From an uncultured Granulosicoccaceae bacterium (GTDB taxonomy: Bacteria; Pseudomonadota; Gammaproteobacteria; Granulosicoccales; Granulosicoccaceae), in contig CALHCI010000191.1 of the NCBI GenBank assembly GCA_937931165.1, positions 1 through 23,488 of the forward strand: 23,488 nucleotides of DNA, written 5' to 3'. This document shows positions 7,470 through 16,790 of the stretch, in pieces; the first letter of the stretch is position 1; every line of letters begins with the position of its first letter. The position numbers were made by a program, and so were the translations under genes. Under the pieces are notes generated by a model. The model did not search any database, was not told where the DNA came from, and saw nothing but the letters and a program-made list of their open reading frames with translations.

Positions 7470-8786
7470 ATGAAACACCCTGCCGCCCTGACCTTCGCCG
7501 CCTGTGTTACCACTTTGCTGAGCGCCTGTGACTCGGACCAGACCAAAGATAACGCCAGCAACCTGGTACAACAACCAGGTTATATCGCCGGTCTGATCTC
7601 TAAAAGAACCCTTGCATCCCTGCCTGCAACGGCAGAAAATTATTTGATAAACCCCGACTTCACCAGTGCATTCCCACCAGACTGGAATATCGGCGGTGAA
7701 CAGCCCGGCTGGCAGGCTTGCACCAGCAGCAACGCATTGAGCCGCGTGTCTGCCGATGACACTCAGCGACGCAGCGGTACCGGTTTTTTCGCAAAACTGG
7801 GTAGTGGTCAGTGCCTGCAGCAAGGTGTCGCGATTTCTGCAAGTGATAAACTGACCTTCAGCTGTGATGTCAGTCCGGTCAGTACAGGCACCTGGAACGG
7901 CCTGGGGATGAGTTTCTACGATACTGACTGGAACTTCATCTCAGAACCCGACGCAGTGGTTCCGGTACCGGACGGATCCACACAAAACCTGGCTGTTAGT
8001 GGCGTCGCGCCCGAAAACGCTGCTTTTGTCGGTGTGTGGTATTACACAGATACAGGGGCAGCCATGGACAACTGTGTACTCTCCCCGGCTGACACTCACC
8101 CGCGCGGACAAACGGACAGAAACAACTTCAAAGAAACGTATGTAGCGTTCCAGGAGGATCCAGCAAACCCGGATGTGCCAGCGTTTAATGCCGGAGCAGC
8201 GCTGTTTGAACCCGTATTTCTGATTGATGGCACAGTTGCCAATTTTTACTCGTTGTACGACGCAGCTATTACACACGACGGAACAGATCTTATCATTCGC
8301 GTTTCAAGAGGCAACTGGGACGCCATAGGAGAAACACTGTATAGCGACTCTTATCCAGTGAATGGATATTTGTGGGAAGATTCAAGCTTTGAAATCTATC
8401 TCAACCCGGGGCTTGAAGACACACAGGGCTACGACAACAATGACCTGGTACGTATTTACGGAGTACCAACTAAAGACCAAACTCCGATTGCACCCGTTGT
8501 AGTCCACGGCATTAACTCACAAGCTGCAGTCGCAGACAATGCGGTGTGTAGCGAAACGCTACGAGGCACTGAAACTTACACCACCTGCGAACTGCGATTT
8601 AGTCTGGCAGAAATGGGTATGGATATCGAAACCAATAATGAAATCGGTATTGATATTCACTACAACTTTGACGAAGACGGTGGCCCGCGTGATGCCAAAT
8701 ATTCCGCGTGTAGCGGTGACACATTAAACGCCTGGGAGGATATGTCAAAAGTGACCTGCTCTGTCATTCTGCGACCGAGTAACTAA
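7470..8786 (+). CDS. Exported lipoprotein with CBM4/9-like and CBM9/DOMON-like beta-sandwich modules; putative glycan-binding protein
   Basis: Signal peptide with lipobox LLSAC. An N-terminal module resembles CBM_4_9 (NPDFTSAFPPDWNIGGEQPGWQA). The C-terminal module has aromatic-rich repeats (DGTVANFYSLYDA…NGYLWEDSSFEIYLNPG). The domain calls are based on recollection only. Confidence 0.55.
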   Translation: MKHPAALTFAACVTTLLSACDSDQTKDNASNLVQQPGYIAGLISKRTLASLPATAENYLINPDFTSAFPPDWNIGGEQPGWQACTSSNALSRVSADDTQRRSGTGFFAKLGSGQCLQQGVAISASDKLTFSCDVSPVSTGTWNGLGMSFYDTDWNFISEPDAVVPVPDGSTQNLAVSGVAPENAAFVGVWYYTDTGAAMDNCVLSPADTHPRGQTDRNNFKETYVAFQEDPANPDVPAFNAGAALFEPVFLIDGTVANFYSLYDAAITHDGTDLIIRVSRGNWDAIGETLYSDSYPVNGYLWEDSSFEIYLNPGLEDTQGYDNNDLVRIYGVPTKDQTPIAPVVVHGINSQAAVADNAVCSETLRGTETYTTCELRFSLAEMGMDIETNNEIGIDIHYNFDEDGGPRDAKYSACSGDTLNAWEDMSKVTCSVILRPSN

Positions 8787-8806
8787 CCCCCGGTGGCTGG
8801 TACCCA

Positions 8807-9694
8807 TTATCCGGTGAACGGTAATTTGAGCACCTTGAGCGTCTGCCCGTAGTCGGGCAGCGCTGCAGATTCAGGAACCCCGAGATTTTCAGGAGCAACA
8901 CCTGGTTTATAAACGAAGGTACCAAAGAGCTGATCATAAACCGTTAACATTGCACCGTAGTTTTTCGCCTCATGAACGTCAGCGCTATGATGATAGCGGT
9001 GCACTTCATTACCGACAAATATGTAGTTAAACCAACCCATCCGAATATCAACATTAAAATGGCTGATCAGCCCGTGCATGCCCATCACCAGCAGAAAAAT
9101 AGTGACTGTTTTCTGATCGTAACCCATTAACCATACCGGAAGAATGATCGCCAGTGGTTGAATTAACAGGCTGTTGAGCGGGTGAAAAACAGCATGCATA
9201 ACAAGATAAAGGCGAGGGGGAAGATGGTGCGCAGCATGAATCTTCCATAGTATTTTTCCAAGCTTACCCCGGTGTTCATGCATAGCACGATGCAGACTGT
9301 AGTTGATCGCTTCAAATATCAAAAAGCACAGTACAATTTGAACCGGCAATGGCCACGACGAGGCCCACCCTTGAGTATTACCCGACAGTGAAATAGTAAA
9401 TAGGGCCAAAGCTGCCGAGACTGCAGACATGAAAGAAGAATTGACAACGACATACTTAAGATCTTTAAAAAAGGAAGCCAATGTCATCGCCCACCTTTGC
9501 TGATACGGAAATCGCCATTCAATAATAAAATACAGCGGCGCCAGTACACTCGCATTGATCAGCCATGCAGAACCCGCTTCAATGTTTCCAGCTAAATACT
9601 GATCAATAATTGATAACACCAATATCCAACTCATCGGATAGAGCCCCCAGCGTATTATCGATCGAGTGTTGCGGCTGCCGTTTGAAATCATCAT
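8807..9694 (-). CDS. Fatty-acid hydroxylase / sterol desaturase family integral membrane protein
   Basis: Three histidine boxes (HRAMHEH, HAAHH, HRYHH) and multiple hydrophobic helices. The start is uncertain: ATG 9694 (MMISNG) or GTG 9733. Confidence 0.75.
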   Translation of the reverse strand: MMISNGSRNTRSIIRWGLYPMSWILVLSIIDQYLAGNIEAGSAWLINASVLAPLYFIIEWRFPYQQRWAMTLASFFKDLKYVVVNSSFMSAVSAALALFTISLSGNTQGWASSWPLPVQIVLCFLIFEAINYSLHRAMHEHRGKLGKILWKIHAAHHLPPRLYLVMHAVFHPLNSLLIQPLAIILPVWLMGYDQKTVTIFLLVMGMHGLISHFNVDIRMGWFNYIFVGNEVHRYHHSADVHEAKNYGAMLTVYDQLFGTFVYKPGVAPENLGVPESAALPDYGQTLKVLKLPFTG

Positions 9695-9796
9695 ACTGTT
9701 TTCCCGGAGAGACCTGCGATGATTATCGTCCACTGTCTACGGTGCGCCAGTCTAATGTTAACTACCCTGTTCATTAATGGACAGTATGCGTAAATT

Positions 9797-10336
9797 ATGT
9801 CCGATAACACATCGCAAGATCGACGCATTGCCCGTACCAGGACACAACTCTGGCAGGCTTTATTTGCGCTACTACAGGAAAAACACTGGCAAGATATTAA
9901 TGTCAGCCAGATTTGTCGACGCGCCAATATCGCACGCTCATCATTCTATCTGCACTTTCAGAATAAGCAGGAATTACTCGATTACGGCTTTGAATCAGGA
10001 GTAGCCAACGCTAAAACAGAAATAGCAAACTATGAAAAAACTCACCAGGGACTGGTCACCCTGCACTGGCTTGCACACCATATTCATTCAGTACACGGGT
10101 TGAAACCGTCAGGCATTACCGAGGACGTGTACATTTTTTCACGATTCCAACGGGTAATTGGTGAATTATTCACAGACGAACTTCAACGCAAGGGCAAACC
10201 TGTAGAAAACGATATGATGTCGTTTCTGGTCGGAGGCACTTTTGCAGTTTTGCAAAGCTGGATCAATGAAGGTGCTGAAGAATCACCTGACACTATTGCG
10301 ATGCGACTCAACCGCATAGCAACCAGGCTTTTATAG
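9797..10336 (+). CDS. TetR/AcrR-family transcriptional regulator, divergent from the desaturase-family gene
   Basis: N-terminal TetR HTH (IARTRTQLWQALFALLQEKHWQDINVSQICRRANIARSSFYLHFQNKQELL). Confidence 0.85.
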   Translation: MSDNTSQDRRIARTRTQLWQALFALLQEKHWQDINVSQICRRANIARSSFYLHFQNKQELLDYGFESGVANAKTEIANYEKTHQGLVTLHWLAHHIHSVHGLKPSGITEDVYIFSRFQRVIGELFTDELQRKGKPVENDMMSFLVGGTFAVLQSWINEGAEESPDTIAMRLNRIATRLL

Positions 10337-10401
10337 TCAGCTTATAGTGGCGCAATGCCGCGACTCCAGTTCAACGCAGACACTTCTGCCGTTTAACCTA
10401 T

Positions 10402-11736
10402 TTACGACTCGCGGCGATTTTTCCATAACTCCCACTTCATCATTGCTCTGGCACCCACCTCTACCAGTGGTCTGGCGGGCAGAGGCTGTGGCGAGCCAAG
10501 TGCCTGAATATCTTTTATTAGCGGGTTCTCGTGTTCACACGCAAGGTCTGCAATGAGTTGACCGCTTATCGTCCCTTTGGTAACCCCGATTCCATTCTGG
10601 CAGGCAGACATCCATACATTATGTGCAACCTGACCAAATGCCGGCGCACCGTTTCTGGACATACAGATATACCCTACCCAGGTATTTTCGAAGGTAACAT
10701 CCGGTAGTGATGGAAAGCGATCACGCAATATGTGCCGGTGGTGTGCGACAATACGCTGAGTCGACTGTGCAGACATATTCTGCTGCATATCAAGCCTGAT
10801 ATCCTGCCGGACTAACAACCGGTGATCATTGGTGTAACGCATTGTTACCCCGCCAAAAGCATTGGCAGGTGTCACACCCCATGGCCGGTCTACCGAATAA
10901 GTCGCCCTTTCTTCAGGTGTTAACGGGCGAGTAAGACTGGCTTTAAGCGCCAGGTGAACAAAACCGTTTGGCTTATAACCAAATTGATCACTGAAACCGT
11001 TGGCAGCGAGAATTACTTTCGGCGCTCTGATTTCACCACCGGGCGTCGTTACTACCATGCCATTAGCAGACTGCAGCTGTGTGACCGGAGTGTTTTCAAA
11101 CAACGTCACGTTATCCGGTAATGAGTCAGCAAGACCCCGCACCAGCGCTGCCGGATTCATTAAAACGCAACCCGGTGTGTAAACCGCATGTTTAAAATGA
11201 CGGGTACCCAGTCTGGCGGCAAGGTCATCACCACGCACCCATTGATAGTCTTCACCCAGTGCTTCAAGCTCATTGGCAAACGGCTGCAACATCGATTCAG
11301 CCCCTTCATCGGTGACTGCGGTCTGGTACTTACCATCGACAGACCAGTCACATTGAATACTGTGCTTTTTCACTAACTCTGCAAGTTGATTAGTGGCAGC
11401 GCGCGCAAGGCGCATATGCCGGTGAGCACTGTCGAGTTGATCAAGGTTGGATGAAACCGTGTGCGGAACATCAATGACAAAGCCCGAGTTTCTGCCTGAC
11501 GCGTTTTCGCCACAGACACCGGCGTCGACTATGGCAATTTTTTGATCAGGACAGTTGTGCGCCAGTTGCCGTGCTGCAGCAAGCCCCGCATAACCCGCCC
11601 CAATCACCAGCCAGTCTGCGTTTAAGTCACCAGCCAACGCCGGTTTGGGTGTACGCAACGGCAGTATGGTGTTCCATGCGTTGGTGCTATCGTTATTTGG
11701 CAGGCGTTTTATAGACCGGCTTTCTGGCATAGCCAT
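10402..11736 (-). CDS. FAD-dependent oxidoreductase (DAO/amino-acid-oxidase superfamily)
   Basis: Rossmann dinucleotide motif WLVIGAGYAGLAAA. Size and overall pattern resemble DadA/PuuB/sarcosine-oxidase-beta enzymes. RBS agagga is 6 nt before ATG 11736. The track's start at 11757 is a TTG. Confidence 0.75.
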   Translation of the reverse strand: MAMPESRSIKRLPNNDSTNAWNTILPLRTPKPALAGDLNADWLVIGAGYAGLAAARQLAHNCPDQKIAIVDAGVCGENASGRNSGFVIDVPHTVSSNLDQLDSAHRHMRLARAATNQLAELVKKHSIQCDWSVDGKYQTAVTDEGAESMLQPFANELEALGEDYQWVRGDDLAARLGTRHFKHAVYTPGCVLMNPAALVRGLADSLPDNVTLFENTPVTQLQSANGMVVTTPGGEIRAPKVILAANGFSDQFGYKPNGFVHLALKASLTRPLTPEERATYSVDRPWGVTPANAFGGVTMRYTNDHRLLVRQDIRLDMQQNMSAQSTQRIVAHHRHILRDRFPSLPDVTFENTWVGYICMSRNGAPAFGQVAHNVWMSACQNGIGVTKGTISGQLIADLACEHENPLIKDIQALGSPQPLPARPLVEVGARAMMKWELWKNRRES

Positions 11737-11738
11737 GA

Positions 11739-12104
11739 TTATTCCTCTGCTGCCCAATCCACCGGGTATATCGCATAAAACAACAAGGCGTTATCGCTTT
11801 CATAGGTCAAACGAGTACCGGCGGGCAGCCAAATTGCATCTCTCGCCTGCGCCGTTAATGTGTCTGTATCAGTAGTAACCGTAAAAGTGCCCTCAACGAC
11901 AAAGATCATCTCATCGTATTTGATGGTCCACGGAATACTGGCCTTTGTCAGCCGCACCAGTCCGGCACCAAGCTTTGTACCATCATCACCGCCACACAAC
12001 GCCGCAACCTGTGCCTGGTCTCCATACTCAAACCGTGGTGTAAACGCAGCTTTAGCGAATCGCATCACTCTGGCAGGTGCCTTTGGACTAGATGGCTGGC
12101 TCAT
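11739..12104 (-). CDS. Small cupin-domain protein, co-transcribed with the FAD oxidoreductase
   Basis: 121 aa with a cupin beta-barrel pattern (MIFVVEGTFTVTTD…AIWLPAGTRLTY). Its stop codon lies 2 nt before the downstream ATG, indicating tight coupling. Confidence 0.6.
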   Translation of the reverse strand: MSQPSSPKAPARVMRFAKAAFTPRFEYGDQAQVAALCGGDDGTKLGAGLVRLTKASIPWTIKYDEMIFVVEGTFTVTTDTDTLTAQARDAIWLPAGTRLTYESDNALLFYAIYPVDWAAEE

Positions 12105-12184
12105 CGCTGTACCCCTGACAGTATTGATATTGAAAGACTATTCCCTGTGTTAGCATACCACCATACACCCCTGTTTGGAAAAGT

Positions 12185-12799
12185 ATGGCAACACCACAGG
12201 CGAATAGACTCGGTCGCAGTGACTGGACCGGGGCCGCCATTCACACATTACTGGTGAACGGCATCGATGCCGTACAGATAACCCGGCTTGCCAGTCAACT
12301 GAACGCCAGCCGCGGCAGCTTCTACTGGCATTTCGCCGACAGACAAGCACTGTTAAAAGCAATACTCGATGAATGGCATCAGCGCAACGGCAACTCAATA
12401 AAAACAGCTTTGAATCAGGTAGATTCCCTAAGCGAAGCCATACTCGAGTTCTTCGCGCTGTGGGTAAACAGCGATTGTTTCAGCCCGACGCTGGATCAGT
12501 CCATTCGCGACTGGGCACGACTCGACCCGAAAGTGTTTGCCATAGTGACCAAAGAAGATCAGCTACGCATACAACTTATCGCTGACTGCTTTCAGCGCTT
12601 CGGGTTTACCAAACCGGACGCGACAGTCAGGGCGCGAGTGCTGTATTTCGCACAAATCGGTTACTACGCCATGCACATGGAAGAGCCTATGCAAAGCAGG
12701 CTGGCGTTACTCGATCAGTACTACACATCATTCACCGGCCGTAAGCTCAGTGCAAAAGTCGCCGCACGCTTTAAACAACGCTTCGAGGGTAATCAATGA
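12185..12799 (+). CDS. TetR-family transcriptional regulator, translationally coupled to the downstream MttB-family gene
   Basis: TetR HTH (AAIHTLLVNGIDAVQITRLASQLNASRGSFYWHFADRQALL). The stop TGA overlaps the next ATG (ATGA at 12796-12799). Confidence 0.85.
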   Translation: MATPQANRLGRSDWTGAAIHTLLVNGIDAVQITRLASQLNASRGSFYWHFADRQALLKAILDEWHQRNGNSIKTALNQVDSLSEAILEFFALWVNSDCFSPTLDQSIRDWARLDPKVFAIVTKEDQLRIQLIADCFQRFGFTKPDATVRARVLYFAQIGYYAMHMEEPMQSRLALLDQYYTSFTGRKLSAKVAARFKQRFEGNQ

Positions 12800-14331
12800 C
12801 ACGCAGACGAAGACGCACCGGCAAGCCCTCCAACACATCAGCCAAAAGCCCACCGCGCAGCCATGCCTACCGCCAGCTAAAACATCCGTTTGAGCCACAA
12901 CGGGTTTTTAGTGACGATGCTATAGACCGCATTCACCATAAGGCACTGCGCGTGCTCAAAGAGCTTGGCATAAAAATGCTGCACCCGGAAGCGAGGCGTA
13001 TTTTTAAAAGTGCCGGGGCCACCGTTAATGAAGCTTCGCAAATGGTTTTCATTGGCAGTGACATTATCGATGCCGCACTGCAGTCAGCACCTAAGTCTTT
13101 CCGCCTGCGCGCAGCATCTGCCAGCAGAGAGCAAACTTATGAAACCGGCAGCATGCTGTTTACCGCAGGGTCCGGTTGTCCGAATGCACATGATTTTGAA
13201 CGCGGCCGCAGACCCGGTTCACTTCGCGACTTTGAAGAAACCATTACGCTGCAACAATCGTTTGATGTTATCCACCTGCTGGGGCCATCAGCGGAACCGC
13301 AGGACATTGCACCCAATGTGCGTCACTACGAAATCATACGTGCTCAGCTCAAACTTGCTGACAAACCCATGTTTGTATACGCCAGAGGCAGGGGTCAGGT
13401 ACAGGAATCTTTCGAGCTGATTCAACTTGCATTGAATATTGATAACACAGAATTTACCAATGGAGTCTGGGCCACGACCGTAATCAACACCAACTCTCCT
13501 AGGCAACTCGATATCCCTATGGCCGAGGGCATTATTGACTTTGCGCGCGCCGGACAACTGGCTGTCATCACACCGTTCTGCCTGTCCGGTGCCATGGCGC
13601 CGATTACCGTCTCCGGTGCACTAATTCTGCAGCATGCCGAGGCACTGGCCGGCATTGCACTCTCACAACTGGCCAATGCCGGTGCGCCGGTTTCCTACGG
13701 CGGGTTTGCGTCTAATGTCGATATGAAATCAGGTGCTCCGGCGTTTGGCACGCCGGAACATATCAAACTGTCAATCGGTTCCGGTCAGCTTGCACGCTAC
13801 ATTGGCATGCCATGGCGATCAGCAGCGGGCTCGGCATCCAACACACCGGATATGCAGTCCGGCACAGAAAACAATATGGGCTTATGGGCAGCACTACAGG
13901 CCAATGCCACGCTGACAGTACATGCTGCAGGCTGGCTTGAGGGCGGACTGTGCTTTGGCTATGAAAAATTCATTAACGATATTGAAGCGGTACAGACTAT
14001 AGCCGAACTATGCAATCCGTTACCTGAAGACGAAGACAGTTTCGGATGGTCTGCACTGCAAGACGTAGAACCTGGTGGCCATTTCTTTGCAACGGACCAC
14101 ACCATGCAGCGCTACAAAGATGCGTTCTATACACCGCTAATAGCTGACTTGAGTAACCATGGAAGCTGGGTTGAGTCTGGCGCTAAAACTTCATCTGAAA
14201 GAGCAACCGCTAAATGGAAAGCGGTATTGGCAGCATTTGAACCACCCGCTCACTCCGCAACCGCGATGGAGAAAATAGCGCCCTATATTGAACAGGGAAT
14301 CGCCAACGGCGGAGTGGCACAAACCGACTGA
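12796..14331 (+). CDS. MttB-superfamily (trimethylamine methyltransferase family) protein, non-pyrrolysine type; putative quaternary-amine (glycine betaine-like) methyltransferase
   Basis: 511 aa. Arg-rich N-terminus followed by Y-x-x-L…IH..AL.VL.E.GI pattern typical of MttB/MtgB family. There is no in-frame amber codon. Family assignment is from recollection of the MttB/MtgB N-terminal pattern. Confidence 0.6.
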   Translation: MTRRRRRTGKPSNTSAKSPPRSHAYRQLKHPFEPQRVFSDDAIDRIHHKALRVLKELGIKMLHPEARRIFKSAGATVNEASQMVFIGSDIIDAALQSAPKSFRLRAASASREQTYETGSMLFTAGSGCPNAHDFERGRRPGSLRDFEETITLQQSFDVIHLLGPSAEPQDIAPNVRHYEIIRAQLKLADKPMFVYARGRGQVQESFELIQLALNIDNTEFTNGVWATTVINTNSPRQLDIPMAEGIIDFARAGQLAVITPFCLSGAMAPITVSGALILQHAEALAGIALSQLANAGAPVSYGGFASNVDMKSGAPAFGTPEHIKLSIGSGQLARYIGMPWRSAAGSASNTPDMQSGTENNMGLWAALQANATLTVHAAGWLEGGLCFGYEKFINDIEAVQTIAELCNPLPEDEDSFGWSALQDVEPGGHFFATDHTMQRYKDAFYTPLIADLSNHGSWVESGAKTSSERATAKWKAVLAAFEPPAHSATAMEKIAPYIEQGIANGGVAQTD

Positions 14332-14367
14332 CCGTATTACGGTGTTTACAGAACTACCCGGCTCAGT

Positions 14368-15267
14368 TTAAGCAAAGTCTGAAATGCGCAGCCACTGTGC
14401 AGCTTCTTTAAGGTTTGCAGCATCTGACGCTGCAAACCGTACGGCCACCTGATTATTCTGGTTGTACAATTGATTTAACGCCGCTGCGTGTTTAGTACCG
14501 GCGTCACCATCCATACATACGGCAGTGACCTGCGCCTGATTATTCAGTGTATTAACACGATACAGAGAAACCAGTTCATCAATATCGATCTGTCCCGGTG
14601 CCACCGGTGCACCAAAACTGGCATACGTCACTTCGCCACCAAGTACCGTAGTTAATATTCTGCTGGAGGCGCCAGCCTCTCCCATTGCAAAGCCTATACG
14701 ACTGCCCGAAGCATTCCCCTGCCCCACCCACTTGAGCATGGCAAGTGAGTCGTCAATAGTCGATGCCGTTGGAACCACCTTTATTGCTCTGGCACCGGCA
14801 CTTTCCATTTGCGTGGTGAGATCTTGTAGCTCTTGTGCCGTGGGCATTTCGCTAAAGTTGTGATAGCTGAGGATTATGGGTACCGGGTTATTACCGGCCA
14901 GTACGTTGTCACCCGCCAGTACGTTGTCCCTGGCCAGTGCAATGGCCGCCGCTTCAGTACCCCATTCAAGGTCAAACAGATCTGCACCGGTGTCTATTGC
15001 TTTTTGGCTCATGGTGACGCGCTGTTGTTCGGAGCCCTTGAATGTACCGCCATGGGTGGGGTGACGAAGCGTAAACAACACGGCAAGACCCAGTTCTTTT
15101 GCATGCCTTACACAGGTGAACAACTCATCCTCAGACAGACCGGCGTCGAGCAATAAATCCGCTCTAAGCTCAACGCATTGCAGCGCTTTGTCTTTCGCGA
15201 GATTAATCTCATCTATTGAGTTGGCGACGACACCAATGATGCCACGCAGAGGAAAGGTTGTTTGCAC
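14368..15267 (-). CDS. aroD: Type I 3-dehydroquinate dehydratase family protein (AroD-like), orphan, with an internal tandem repeat
   Basis: DHQase_I hallmarks are present: ELRADLL and PIILSYHNF (compare the E. coli AroD N-terminal alignment). It has a GTG start with no obvious SD sequence, so the start is uncertain. Confidence 0.65.
   Translation of the reverse strand: MQTTFPLRGIIGVVANSIDEINLAKDKALQCVELRADLLLDAGLSEDELFTCVRHAKELGLAVLFTLRHPTHGGTFKGSEQQRVTMSQKAIDTGADLFDLEWGTEAAAIALARDNVLAGDNVLAGNNPVPIILSYHNFSEMPTAQELQDLTTQMESAGARAIKVVPTASTIDDSLAMLKWVGQGNASGSRIGFAMGEAGASSRILTTVLGGEVTYASFGAPVAPGQIDIDELVSLYRVNTLNNQAQVTAVCMDGDAGTKHAAALNQLYNQNNQVAVRFAASDAANLKEAAQWLRISDFA
14893..14940. repeat. In-frame 18-nt tandem repeat (about 2.5 copies) inside the AroD-like gene, encoding DNVLAG-DNVLAG-NN
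   Basis: gccagtacgttgtc occurs at 14897-14910 and again at 14915-14928, with a partial third copy ggccagtgc. Confidence 0.8.
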
Positions 15268-15879
15268 TGAAAAGTCCGGATAGAGCTGTCAGCTGCGAAG
15301 GATACTATTTTCCAATACCCGAATACAGTGAATTAACTGCTGGACAGTTGTGCGACCCTGCAAAGGTGAGTTGTACAACAATAGCCTGCTTAAGGACAAC
15401 AGCAGTACAAAGAATAAGCTGCAGCCATGCCCGAGGCTGCAGCCAGCTTTACAACACTGATACACCCTCTGGAAAAGTGCTCCTGAACCAAATCACACTG
15501 ATCATAACTTCGTCTTGATTAAAATGGCGGTCGAGATCCGTTACTACTGTTAACCCCAGGGTACAACCCTTACCCTTCCCTGGAATCCCCGACCGCCGGT
15601 ACAACATACAACCAAACTGCTATTCCCTTTGACGGCACAACCGTTAATCACTGCAAAATTTGCCCGGGTAATCAGGCACTCATCACGCAAAACAGAGGTG
15701 CTCTATGACTATCGTAATAGTGTCATAGGACTCACTCCTCCGATATAAGCTTGCTGCGCACTCGGCGGCACGGCGAGATCTTGCAGTCACTTACTGGAGC
15801 TTTCTGCTCATACTAAAAAGCTTGATACTACAACGTTTAAGACTACAGCCTTGCACCAGTAAATTTGCAAGTCAGGTGG

Positions 15880-16743
15880 TTAGCCAAACAGGCTTTTAAA
15901 CAAACCAACGCATGATCTGAAGCCGTTTTCAAAATCTCCATCACCCGTGTGGTAAACGCTTTCAAACGAAATGACACCGTCATAATGATCAGCGCGCATT
16001 GCATCGGCCATTGGTTGAAACAATTTTGCCAGCTGCCCCTCTCCCATTTTTTTGACGGTAAGCGTGGCGCGCGGGGTATCGACCAATACATCTTTGATAT
16101 GCACATGCCCGAGATATCCACCACGTACTTCTTCATACCCGTCTGGATAGGCAAGCTCATGACACCAGCAATTGTTTGCAGGGTCCCATAGCACTTTTAA
16201 TGTGTCTTTGGCATTAAGCTCATCAATCAGTTTACGAGCGGTGTAGTTAGAATTAACCATAGTGCCGTTGCCGGTTTCGACAACCAGAGTGACGCCTTCT
16301 TTTTTGGCAAGCTCTACTGCCGGTGCGATCAATGGCGGCAATGTGTCCCAGGCACCATGCGCCACATTCCATTTTTCCGCACCATTGTTGCCCCACAGTA
16401 TCTGTTCTTTTTTACTGGTCATGATGCGCACCAGCGGTGAGCCGACCTCATGCGCCATTTCAATCACACGCTTCAGTGCGTCCATGTGCTTGTTGTGCAG
16501 ATTGTCTCCCGGTTTATTGGCAGTGGTCATGCCGGCAAAGATATGCCTCGACAAACAGGAAACCGGTTTACCGTGCGCTTGCAGCAGATGCTTTATTTCA
16601 GCGATTTCCTGCTGCGTGTGATCACCGACTTCTTTGTCACCAACGAACTGCAGCTCGGCGTATTCAAGTTCGAATTCATCCATTACCCTCAACGTGTGCG
16701 CCAGATCTCTGCTAACACCGTCACATATTAATCCGAGTTTCAT
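15880..16743 (-). CDS. Sugar-phosphate isomerase/epimerase (xylose-isomerase-like TIM barrel, AP_endonuc_2 family)
   Basis: Motifs LVVETGNG and GHVHIKD. The preferred start is ATG 16743 (MKLGLICDG). The track's extension to 16839 overlaps the SET gene. Confidence 0.7.
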   Translation of the reverse strand: MKLGLICDGVSRDLAHTLRVMDEFELEYAELQFVGDKEVGDHTQQEIAEIKHLLQAHGKPVSCLSRHIFAGMTTANKPGDNLHNKHMDALKRVIEMAHEVGSPLVRIMTSKKEQILWGNNGAEKWNVAHGAWDTLPPLIAPAVELAKKEGVTLVVETGNGTMVNSNYTARKLIDELNAKDTLKVLWDPANNCWCHELAYPDGYEEVRGGYLGHVHIKDVLVDTPRATLTVKKMGEGQLAKLFQPMADAMRADHYDGVISFESVYHTGDGDFENGFRSCVGLFKSLFG

Positions 16744-16790
16744 GGGATCTCTCGCTACTTGATGTTCGTGCTTATAACACAGGTAATTCA

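Noticed and set aside
15258-15518. 86-aa plus-strand ORF in the 612-bp gap
   Set aside because: It has no RBS and atypical composition. The region is better explained as a regulatory or structured RNA, though a small protein cannot be excluded.
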